Assembly (NCBI GenBank): GCA_030167865.1
Contig: JALAGF010002801.1
Location: 1-49,896 of the forward strand
Direction: 5' to 3'
Source of the DNA: Craspedostauros australis
Taxonomy: Eukaryota
Length of the DNA: 49,896 nt
In this document: piece by piece, positions 25,501 to 35,857 of the stretch
Numbering within the stretch: the first letter of the stretch is position 1
Layout of the letters: each line of letters opens with the position of its first letter
The notes under the pieces: model-generated
Seen by the model: only the letters and a program-made list of their open reading frames with translations
What the model was told of the DNA's origin: nothing
Databases searched by the model: none
Program-made: the position numbers and the translations under genes

Positions 25501-26446
25501 TTCCGGATATGATCTGCCGCCCGAGTGCAGCAGCTACTCGCTCCCCTCAGTATTCTGGCCGACGGAGAAGAGCTGCTCCGTCGATTCCGACTGCACGGAC
25601 TCCAGCCATTTGGGATGCCCACGCTCGTGCGTCGAAGGCATGTGCGATTACGCTCCGTGCTCCGATTTTGTTGTCACGGCGACAACCTCGTCCCCCACAT
25701 CTACACCAACTTCAGGGCCGACCAGCGGGCCAACTGAGAATCCTACTTCTGGGCCGACCAGTGGGCCTACTTCCGATCCGACCACTGGGCCGACGTCTGG
25801 ACCAACGAGTGGACCGACCAGTGAGCCGACCGCTGGGCCAACTTCTGGACCTACTGCCAGACCAACGTCCGGTCCGACTAGTGCAGAAACCTCGGGACCT
25901 ACAAGTGGGCCAACTTCTGGGCCAACATCTGCGCCTACCAGCGGGCCAACACCTGGAACCACTGGTAACCCAACCAGCGGTCCAACTAGTGGTCCGACAT
26001 CAGCGCCTACCGCCCAGCCTGGGGACGACGGGCCCAGCGGTTGTCCTCAGGATATCGAACTTGTGAAGGTGGATGGCGTAACCCCTGCCCCATCGCTCCC
26101 AATTGAGATCGTGAGCCAGGGCGCAGATTCGGTGACATACAGATTCACCCAACCGTGGTCGACAACGATCGACGCTTTGTGGCTCAGCCATAACAATGCA
26201 ATGACGGGCGACATCGAGTGCTTCGAAGAAATCGACGTTGCTCCCAACCAGACTCTCGAATTCAGTGCTCAGTGCCATGGCGAGTCTTCGATCGCCATCA
26301 TCGATGTCTTCGTTGCCGATGATAGCATCCTCACCCCTGGCGGCGATGCTGCGCAGATTCCGCAGTGCTGCCATCCCACTACCCCAGAAAGCATGCCGGT
26401 GGTGCATTACATCATCGTGGTCCAATGTCAGTCCACTTGCGAATAA
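22552..26446 (+). CDS. Secreted M36 (fungalysin-type) zinc metalloprotease with PA insert, short PT stalk and one Cys-bounded C-terminal module; copy 2 (~1140 aa)
   Basis: Exons 22552-24034, 24235-24636 and 24915-26446, with the same intron positions and phases as copy 1. Motifs IVAHEWCHGLTNRL, GMEEGWSD, YQYGFDEASGNFQEDNYG. Colinear paralogue of 14947-20674. Confidence 0.92.
25685..26020 (+). repeat. Coding PTSG tetrapeptide repeat (short stalk of M36 copy 2)
   Basis: SSPTSTPTSGPTSGPTENPTSGPTSGPTSDPTTG...PTSAPTAQP. Confidence 0.88.
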
Positions 26447-27083
26447 GCAGGAGGACGACCATTGTAGACAACAGAAGGATGACACTCTGGCACTCGCGAA
26501 AAGATCTGCGAGCTCACTGACTCGCCACTTTGGATGGAGACGTATTGCTCGCCTCCATCAACCACAAGGGAATAGCGAAGGAACTGCGGCGCTCGCAGCC
26601 TTCGCTACTCCCTTGGCCTTCGTTCCTCCGTAGACTGCTAGTATAAAGTTACACCATAGACAATGATCAGCAACAACTGTAGTGGGTACTCTACACCGCA
26701 TCTTGATACCATACGACCTCCACCATCAATCCGTTCATCACAACAACAACCACACACAAGAAACTTGTTCGTCCAAGAGGGGAACAGAAAGATACCATTC
26801 CTCCCACCACCACAACAACACAAGAACACAAGACACAAGTTGAATCCATCGAGTCGGCATTTTGCGCGCCAAAGTGCCCACATTTTGGTTTCGTTTGACC
26901 GTTCTCCCCGTTCTTGCTGCAACGAGATCCATGGAAGAATGTGTTTTACACCTGCATTGCGCCTCTTTGCGATCATTTCACACAAACACACACAAACACA
27001 CACACACACACACAAGCAAAGATCCTCCACATGAAGACATAAAACAGGATTCTCGCTCTTGTGATTACATCGCCTTCTTCATC

Positions 27084-28938
27084 ATGATTCATTGCTGCCT
27101 CTTTTCTACGGTTCCCATCATCCTCATGGCGGTCCTTCGTCCAACTCACGGCTCCACCCAGCCGGTTGGCCGCAGCCAACGTCAACTGTTCGAGCTGCCA
27201 TCTCCCTTCGCATTCAACGACGGCGCCTGCAAACGCGAGTGCTCCGATCTTCATGATCACGAGCCATTCTACAACGCCTGCCCCGTCTGCCTGGACGAGT
27301 TCTCCCCATGCAACTACTGTTGCTTCGGTAAGCAAGAATGATGGCTGACGGGTTGTTTGCTAACTATTGGTATGGTAGCTTACTATCGCAGCTTGCTTGC
27401 TTGATCCATGAAGTCCTGCATCGCGCAAGGTTGAGATTCTGATGCGAAACCTTCGCCTCTGGGATATTGACAGTCAAAACACGATTTCTCACTGCAGGCC
27501 CACGGTCTTTATTGTTCCACGATGTCGCATCTTGCAAACAAACTCGCACCTGCACTCACGTCCATGCTGATGCCCAGGTGGCGCTTCGTCCATGAAGCTC
27601 GCCTGGCACGGTTGCCCTGGCGAGATGACGATCTCCGATCTCGCGATGATCGGACATGATTGCGCCACGACTCAGCAAGATGATGGGCATGCTTCGACAG
27701 CCCGATTCGTCGACTGTTCCTGCCTGGACATGCTGACAGATGTTGTGCATGCCACCAACGACACGCCCGACCCATCCGGATGCGCTCTCTTCGACACCAT
27801 GACCTTCGCCACGGCTACGCCAAACGCGCGCGCTTTCGAGATTTGCATCGTCTCGACCAATGACAATCAGATCAGCTTCGACGTTCCTTTGCCAAGCATC
27901 GTCGGGATCACATTCACAAGCGCCCAGACCTCTGATGCTGCCGTCACCGTGGACACGCACGGAGGACCTCACGTCGATGCTGATGGCGTGGTCATGGATG
28001 CACTCACACTGACGACGTACTTCGACACAACATGCGCATCGCCTGTGTTCCCAGGGTATGGAAAGTTTCCGAACACATGCCCTTCCGAGGGTTGGATCGA
28101 TCTTGGCCACGCCGACCACCAAGGATTGCCAGACTCGATCGATCATTTCGAGGGTCTCCCACCCAGCCGCGCCTTCTGGTTCGAATTCATCGATGGGACG
28201 AGCGTTGGCTTTTGGCCCGACGCTGACACCGACGCAGCAGCCCCAAGCTTTGATCCAGTATTTTCGAAATGCGAATGCCTTCCGTGTGACATGGCGCATA
28301 CTTTGCCGCCGACGCAGCTACCAACTCCCGGAGACGACATGGAGAGTGCCGCGCCAGACGGAGCTGCTGGTACCAGCGCCCCCGTTGTATTGCCGACGAA
28401 CAGCCCAGATCAGCAGGAGACAGAACGTCCAATATCGCCGCCAGATGGTGTTGACACGCTGGAGCCTACCATAGTACAAGACGACGGCCACGACACTTCT
28501 ATTCCAACTGCCCAGCCGACTGTTCAAACGACTACGCATCCAACCGTTCATCCAACCGACGTGCCCACGCCTTTTCCCACAGCATCGATCAATGCTGGTC
28601 CCGGGTCTCCACCCGTCGCATGCGCGGTGCGCGGGGTGGCCGAGTGCAACGCCCAGGCGGTGGCAAATTGCGTCACAAGCGGAGTCGAAGGCGTTCCCGA
28701 CGGCAGCCTTTGCTTCTTTGCAGTCAGCGACAACGATGGCGGCAGCAGCAACGGCGATGGGTCCGCCCGCCGCAACCTGGAGGCCGCCCATATGTACAGT
28801 GAGTACCTCCGCCGCGCAGGGCCTGGCGGACAGAAGGAGCTGGCTGAGCAGAAGATTTGGATGCGGCGTCAGCTCAGCTACCACCAGAACCAGGTCGTGG
28901 CGATCGAGGACTTCATCGAAAACGTGCTCCAGGTCTGA
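27084..28938 (+). CDS. Secreted Cys-rich protein with PT linker (~534 aa), function unknown
   Basis: Exons 27084-27327 and 27578-28938. Donor G|gtaagc and acceptor gcccag| give an in-frame CCF-G-GASSMKLAW junction. Signal peptide, many Cys, PT-rich segment, RQL and RRNL motifs. Confidence 0.78.
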
Positions 28939-29362
28939 TGGCAGCATCGATGAGCCTGGTGATGATCAAGACAGCGACGGCAAGCCTGAGATCAACGCCA
29001 CCAAGATGAAGATTTTCTAGTCTACGGTGGTTGGTGTTGGTGTTGACATTGTTGTTGTTTTGCTTGTGAGATGTCTATCATCCTTACTCTTGCAGTTGGC
29101 AGACTTCATTTGGAGTGGCATCGTGAAAGGAGCTTCGACGACATGATGTGATGTCGTTGTCTCTCACCCCAAACTACCAATAAAATAGACCGCACTCGTA
29201 GCTTCGAACGCGCGGTATTCGTGGAGCGTGTGCGAGTACATTCCCGCAAGTGGTGCTGCACGGTACCTCGGATGTGCGGTTACTCGCGCAATTGTACATG
29301 CTCGACCCCTCTGTTGCGAGTACAAACCGACCTCGTCGCACACGTGTATGGCAGATCGTTGA

Positions 29363-31276
29363 TTACTGAACACCCCGAACCCATCTCAGCGACACCGCTG
29401 AACCCAGAAAGTACACCGCTGACAAAGTAAGGATTGTGATGTATCCACCCAATGAGTAGGACGCGGCATCTGGGTCGGTGCCATTGGCTGCGTTACCACG
29501 ACCGTCTCCGATGAAATAGAGCAAAGGACCACCGATCATGGGACCAAGGGCTGATCCCAGAAAGGCCGCCACTCCCCAAACTGAAAAATGCAACGCACAA
29601 GCAACAATAAGCAAAAAAAAAACGATCGAAGAGGTGGGTGAGCGTGGAAGCGAGACGGGATAAAGTAGAGTACGTAGAGTGGACCAGAATGTGTACTCTG
29701 CAAATGCGCACACGCAATTGCGCCAAGAAACATCACGAATTCACTTACTTCCAAGAAGCTGCGCATTCCCGCTGGATGATTCATCGTTCATCTGCGCTTT
29801 CTGCAGGGTATCGACGGCCAGCGACGTCTCCATGGTGAGGTAGATGCCGTTGGCGGCTCCCAGCGCAAGACCGAGGATCGTCATTTGATGCATGGTCCGC
29901 GCGAAGATCATGACGACCATGACGGAGCTCAGCAGGAAGCAGGCCAGATACACGAATGGTTTGCGCCTGCCACCCAGCTTGTCCGAAATGAGGCCGATGG
30001 GGTACGTCGTCAAGGTGCCGGCAACTTGACCCAGGATGGCGAGGTAGGCCACGGCAGATTCTGGATCGTCGGTGACGCGAATGATGTCGTGGACGAAGTA
30101 GAGGAAGAAGGTCTGGACGGACAATCCGCAGTAGTAGAAGAGGCGCGAAACCGTGACGACGAAGAAGTCGTGATGTTCGTTGGGGTCGATGGTGTAGGAA
30201 TCGAGCAGGGTCTTGCAATCGAGACGCACCAACGGATCGTAGAGCATGGATTTGAGGATGGCGAGCGGTGAGACGATGGTGCTTCGCAGCGTTCGCGGTG
30301 GGCTGGTCATGAGGCCGGATCGCAAGTTTCGCCGCTGTCGCTTGGCCGCCGTGAGCTGCACATCTCGTTCCTGAGCATAGAGCCTGGTGAGGATGGCGGA
30401 AACCACGACCGTGGCCATGTAGAGAGCGTACATGCTCCCCACGGAAGTGAAGAAGGAATGGAAGAGCCCGAATCCGAACAAGGATCCCGTGACGAGGAGG
30501 AAGGCCAGGACGCCATTCGCGACGCCCGTCTGGTGCTGCGGCACCTGATCCGGTATCAGGGCGATCATCATGGCGTAGGTGATGTTGAGGCCGATCATGT
30601 GGAGGAAGAATGAGAATCCGTAGCGGAACCAGAGGCGCTCGAAGGAGGTGTAGTACTGACCGGCCAATCCCACCAGGCTGAACGCGACGCCGAGGAAGAG
30701 GAAGGGCAGGCGCTGGCCCATGTTCTGCTGCGTGAGCGGTGGCATGTAGGTGTCGCTGAGCATGCCAATGAGGGGCGAGATGAGCTGCGTGAACCCCGCG
30801 ATGGCGACGAAGAATCCCAGCGCGACGCTCTTGGGAACGTTGGGATACTCCGTCTCGATGCGTTCGCACTCGACTGGCAGCGTGACGAGGAAGAGGGTCG
30901 TCATGATGCATCCGTAAGCGAAGGTGGTGGAGAGGATGCAGATGAGGTGCCACAGGGAGAGGCTTGCCGTTTGCTTGTTGCTTGCCCCATTGCTATTGTC
31001 ATTGCCATTGCCATTTCTATTGCCATTGTTGTTGGCACTTCCAGCACCGGCCTCTACGTCCGCGGCCCCATTGTAAACATCCACCTGATGCAAGGAAGAC
31101 AGCTCGTCGGCGGACAGCGCGAGGTTGCCGACATCAGACACCGAGTCGTACCAGACCTGGTCGCCGTCGTCGCTTCCACGATCATCGATGTGGATGGCAA
31201 TACCGTTGATGCTGCGTTGGTTGCTGTCTGATGCGAAGTGGACCCTGAGCTGATCGCTCTCTCCGCTCTGCTTCAT
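29363..31276 (-). CDS. Major facilitator superfamily transporter (~581 aa)
   Basis: Exons 31276-29749 and 29580-29363; A|gtaagt ... tttcag|TT gives LLG-IWGVAAFLG. About 12 hydrophobic segments. MFS loop motifs PLIGMLSD..GQRLPF and GLISDKLGGRRKPF. Confidence 0.9.
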
Positions 31277-31855
31277 CGTGTCCGAATGCAGGGACCACGT
31301 TCGGTAGTTACTTTGTTATGGCCGTGCACGAACAACGCCCCTGTCTACCTTTGTGATGATGGTCGTGCCAGTATGATGCTGTGGCAATACTCTGATGGTT
31401 CTCTTCTGATCCTGTGTTGTGAGCTTTTGGTGCGTGTTGTGCGTTGTGCGTTGTGCGTTGTTGTGCCCTTGTTTCTTTCCTTGGTCTCTCTTTGGTTCGT
31501 CATCGTGTTCTTTTCCTTCATTTTTTCTTGTTTGCGCCACGCATGTTTTTCTCGTTCAGAATCATTCACGAGTTTGCACGATTGCAACACATATGGTGCA
31601 TGACTAATGCGACTATTGTATGTCATTCCCGATTGGTGAGTCTCGGTAGCAGTCGATGAGTCTCCACCAACAGAAAGCACACGCAACAACACAAAACGAG
31701 GCGAAGCAAGAGAACATCAAGACCTCGATGCAGCCTCCTGATGTGAACACAAAATCTACCTATCATCATTCTGATCCAAACCATACCTCTGCTTCGACGT
31801 CCGCCACTGTCGCGAGCTTCGCAACAACTCAAGCCAAAGAAGCAGCGGCGGAATC

Positions 31856-32974
31856 ATGCTGGTTCTGTACATCCCCGCGCTGGTGCGGATCATCCGCACA
31901 TCGCGCATCACGATGGCGAGGTTCCTCGCGGTCTGCGTGCTCATGCTCAGCGTCACGCCGCTGGCGAGCATCTTCGTTTTCTTCTCCATGCTCTTCGAGC
32001 CATCACCGCCGCCCGCCACATCCGAAGCAGCATCAATGGATCCTGCGCTTCATCGTGACTATGCGACGAACGGAACCGTCGCTGTCTTCGAAGAATTCGT
32101 GATGAACCTCATCAAGGACAGGCTGAGCAGCAACCCCCGCTACATGACGGCAAGCTACGTGCTCCCGATGGGCGCCAAGATGGCCGGGTCGATGCCGGAT
32201 ATCGTCAACGCCATGCATTCCAACCACCCGCTCGGCGGTCTGCTGTATTCGCCGCACCACACCGCGACCTCCATGTTCACCATGCTCTTGCCGTGGGCGC
32301 TGTCCTTCTTCCTGGGCCTCGTCTTCCCCCTCATCACCTGCATCTACACGGCCTGCACCACGAAAGGCGGCTGGTTGCACACGTCCAACAAACGACGTCG
32401 CAAGAACCAACTCACGCGTCATTTCCAATCGTTCGGCAAGAAGCTGCGTCCTTCGGATTGTGCGGATTGCGCGGTTGTTGCAACAAGCGACATCAATTCC
32501 GCGGTCAGCGGTCCAACAACGCATTCATCCAGCAATGACGCCAACTCTGAACGGCGGTTATCATCACCTGGGACAGCGCAAACGCCAAATTGCGAACGAT
32601 CCTGCGAGCATGGGCCATCCTCGTCTTCGCAAATGGAGAGCGCGAATGAAAGACAGGGTGACAAATATGACAACGATGATGAATGTGATAGCAGATGGTT
32701 CGTTCCGTCACCAGGAACATCATTACAACGACAGCAACAGCAACAACAGGGACGCAAACAGGAGGAGCAATCACAACGCATCATCGGTGGGAAATGCGCA
32801 GTCTGTTTGCTGAGCTACCGGGAAGGCGACGTCATCACATGGTCCTCCAATCCACAGTGCGTGCACTGCTTTCACGAACGCTGCATCTTGTCATGGCTGT
32901 GTCGATCCAGGAATCGCAAAACGTCGCCGTGTCCGTGCTGTCGGCAGTGTTACGTTCTGCCATCCAGCGAATGA
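31856..32974 (+). CDS. Membrane-anchored RING-H2 E3 ubiquitin ligase-like protein (372 aa)
   Basis: Two hydrophobic segments and a C-terminal RING-H2: CAVC...CVHCFHERCILSWL...CPCCR. Confidence 0.85.
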   Translation: MLVLYIPALVRIIRTSRITMARFLAVCVLMLSVTPLASIFVFFSMLFEPSPPPATSEAASMDPALHRDYATNGTVAVFEEFVMNLIKDRLSSNPRYMTASYVLPMGAKMAGSMPDIVNAMHSNHPLGGLLYSPHHTATSMFTMLLPWALSFFLGLVFPLITCIYTACTTKGGWLHTSNKRRRKNQLTRHFQSFGKKLRPSDCADCAVVATSDINSAVSGPTTHSSSNDANSERRLSSPGTAQTPNCERSCEHGPSSSSQMESANERQGDKYDNDDECDSRWFVPSPGTSLQRQQQQQQGRKQEEQSQRIIGGKCAVCLLSYREGDVITWSSNPQCVHCFHERCILSWLCRSRNRKTSPCPCCRQCYVLPSSE

Positions 32975-33565
32975 GCCCGTGCGAGTGCGTTCGCTTCAGT
33001 ACACACAGAAGATGCCTCGGGTGGATGGGGAGCGAGTCCACCGACACTGCATGTCGCCAAACAGGATTCGCGATGGTCAGAGTGTTGTGGCGGGAGGTAA
33101 CAAGGGGCACCCATTGATTCTATTCGAAGCCGGGGGTTCATACATCCGTTCGTCCATCCACACCGGTCAACTCAGGACATGCCTTCAACATTGTTCAAAA
33201 TCAGCAGAGTAACACGTATTATCTGTTCATTATTGTATATGGTAGTATTATACTCGTACGTCATCGTTTGCTGATGGTAGCAGCTCTTGCATCATGGACG
33301 AAGGAAAAGGAGGTTGTGCGGCTCGTTTTTTGTTGGCATGGCATTGGATGGTGTCGACCACAGTTTCCACCCTCAACAAACAGGAAGGGGACAGCAGAGT
33401 AGACTTGAGTCCTGGTACAGTAGCGGTATTTTGTATTCGATAGTAGAGTACGCACACATCTTGCCGCAAACCCCCCGCCGCCATCTCCCATGTGATTGCC
33501 ATCACATGGATTCTCCACGCAGCAGAGCATCCCTTGTCTCATCGCTTCCTGTTGATCTCGCTTCG

Positions 33566-35857
33566 TCAACACACTTTCATGGCCCCGTTGCTGCCTGCTG
33601 CAGCACCTGCGCTCGCATCACCCCCCTCGTTCTCATTGCCAGAATCTTCCGTCGGCTGGCGATGCTGGTCTTCCATCGGGCTCGACGCACCGCCGCCTCC
33701 CATCATGTTCCCGATCGCTGTCTGGGTTTCCATGGTTAGCTTGGACAAGTTGGAGGCCGTCTTGGCATCTCCCATCCCTTCCACGGGACATGACGGATAG
33801 GCGAACAGGCTCGGTTCCTCATCGGGATTGCCGGCGGATCGGATGCGATTCCCGTTCACCTTCTGCCGCGTCATGCGCCGCGTGAGGAACTTCATGCCGC
33901 GCAAGAACTTCTCGTGGTAATACGAACCTTGATCCCGACCGGCGCTGAACCGATTGAACCCGTACAGGTTCAGCTGCCGCAAGAACGATGATTTCTTGGT
34001 CATGACGAAGTACCGGGGCAATATGATCTCCGAGAATTCCCTTTGCTTGAAGATCTTGAAGCTGCGTCCGTGCGGCATCCACCCGATGATGTGGGCGTAG
34101 CCATGATCTTCGATCTGGCTCAACGTCTCGTGGAGCTTCAGCGGGAATGCAGCGTTCGGGGTCCTTGATGCGGAGGTCGCGGCAAGGACCAGATCGTGCT
34201 CCTCAGGCCATGGCTTCTCGCTGGACAGGTCGCGGTAGATGTGCCGGACGAACAGACGGCGGTTGTTCTTCGTCGTCACACCAGGTGGGAGCTTCTTGTA
34301 GTTGTAGTTCTGGGCGAGGTTGCCATTGCGGAGCTGACCATCCTCCATGCTGCCGTCGTTCGGGGATGAGTAACCTCCTGCGGCGGCCTGAGGTTGCTGC
34401 TGGGTCAGCGAGGAGGCGCTGCTCTGCTTCGCGAGGATGGGGACAAGGTTTGGCACTGCAGCCCTCGCTGCATCGCCCTGGGCATCCGTCGATGCGAGCC
34501 GCATCTCCTCCGAGCTCACCATGGCGAGCATCTCGATGGAGTTGCTGCGATGGGTCGGCCCCGCGGCTGGCGTTGGCATCTTGGGCGTGCCATCCGCGGC
34601 TAATTGTGCTTGTGCTTGTGGGGGTTGCTGGGCTGGGGTTCGTTGCATTGCCAAACCAGCCGCTGCCCCTGATACGGATGGTTGCTCGAGGACCGTTCGC
34701 GATGGCGTCGTCGTGACATCGTCCTTGGGTAGCTGGGCGATGGGGACGGTTGCGGTTTGGTTTAGGCCGACGCCGGTAGAAGCAGCACCAACAACAGGGG
34801 TGGCAACAGTGGTAGCTACAGGAGTAGCCAAAGGGGTAGTGGCAATAGCAGGCACCTTCAGCACAGAGTTCGAGCGGGTGGAGGAGATTGGGTGCTGCAC
34901 AAGCTTCGTCGCTAGTGCCGGTTGCGATTGAGCCTGGGGCTGAACCCGCGCTTGTGCTTGTGCCTGACTCTGCTGGAGTTGTTGCTGTTGCTGGAGTTGC
35001 TGCTGCTGGACAGTCATGTGATCGGCATGGCGGTTGGGTGTACGTATTGTGGGTGGTGCTTTGCCTTCGAGACTCGCCCATGGGCTGGATTCCGCCCTTT
35101 GAGATGTGGCCTTGGCCGTCTGCCTTTGCACGTGGCCTTGCTCAACGTTGAGAGGGGCTTGTGATTGGAGCGTGATGCACGCCACGGCCGTGCAGATCGC
35201 CGGTGAGTGGACACCGACCGGCGGTATGTACAGTCCGCCCACAGCCACTTGGATGGGCAGCACGGGAATGGCTCTGGGGAGGATGGAGGTGAGACGCGAC
35301 ACATCGACGACCATGGTGTCTGTCAGGCTGGAGGTGCCCAGCTTGGGAGGCACGCCCAGCTGCACCTTGATCTGCAACGAATGCGCGTTGGTTTGGGTCG
35401 GCAAGCGCAGTGTGCTCCTTTGCATCGCATCCTGCAGCGCTCTCATTGCCGCCTCCGTTGCATCACCCCACTTTGCCGATGCTGACGAATCAATCCCGAA
35501 GCCGATGCTGGACATCGATAGCAGCGTTTGCTCCACCATGGCAGCAGCCTGTGCCTGCGCTTGCGCCTGTGTCTGCATTGGGACGTCGCTTTGAAGGGAG
35601 TGCTTTGGCAACCTTGCACCAGACGCAGCCTGTGCAGCACCGCTCGCGTTGGTGTGCGCCGATGGGACAGACCGTGTGGTCGCCACTCTCTCCGTTGCCG
35701 CAGCCGTCCCTTGTGTCAAGGGCACCGTTGTGACGCTCGAAGTCGTGGAGGCTGACATGGACGTTGCTCGGGCTGATGTAGCTGTGGCATCGTGCCTCTC
35801 CACCGCAACGCCGAGCAACGTAGCGGCAGTTTCTTGCGTGCTCGCATCGACGTTCAT
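33566..35857 (-). CDS. HSF-type DNA-binding transcription factor with N-terminal Lin0512-like domain (763 aa)
   Basis: HSF DBD at about 34150-33860: FPLKLHETL..IIGWMPHGRSFKI..ILPRYF..KKSSFLRQLNLYGFNR..GSYYHEKFLRG. Residues ~111-230 align by eye with the Lin0512 protein at 40716. Q/A/T-rich linker in between. Confidence 0.9.
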   Translation of the reverse strand: MNVDASTQETAATLLGVAVERHDATATSARATSMSASTTSSVTTVPLTQGTAAATERVATTRSVPSAHTNASGAAQAASGARLPKHSLQSDVPMQTQAQAQAQAAAMVEQTLLSMSSIGFGIDSSASAKWGDATEAAMRALQDAMQRSTLRLPTQTNAHSLQIKVQLGVPPKLGTSSLTDTMVVDVSRLTSILPRAIPVLPIQVAVGGLYIPPVGVHSPAICTAVACITLQSQAPLNVEQGHVQRQTAKATSQRAESSPWASLEGKAPPTIRTPNRHADHMTVQQQQLQQQQQLQQSQAQAQARVQPQAQSQPALATKLVQHPISSTRSNSVLKVPAIATTPLATPVATTVATPVVGAASTGVGLNQTATVPIAQLPKDDVTTTPSRTVLEQPSVSGAAAGLAMQRTPAQQPPQAQAQLAADGTPKMPTPAAGPTHRSNSIEMLAMVSSEEMRLASTDAQGDAARAAVPNLVPILAKQSSASSLTQQQPQAAAGGYSSPNDGSMEDGQLRNGNLAQNYNYKKLPPGVTTKNNRRLFVRHIYRDLSSEKPWPEEHDLVLAATSASRTPNAAFPLKLHETLSQIEDHGYAHIIGWMPHGRSFKIFKQREFSEIILPRYFVMTKKSSFLRQLNLYGFNRFSAGRDQGSYYHEKFLRGMKFLTRRMTRQKVNGNRIRSAGNPDEEPSLFAYPSCPVEGMGDAKTASNLSKLTMETQTAIGNMMGGGGASSPMEDQHRQPTEDSGNENEGGDASAGAAAGSNGAMKVC

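Noticed and set aside
27497-27593. Apparent frameshift in the Cys-rich gene if the ctgcag acceptor near 27497 is used
   Set aside because: The downstream acceptor at 27577 gives a clean in-frame join, so no frameshift is needed.
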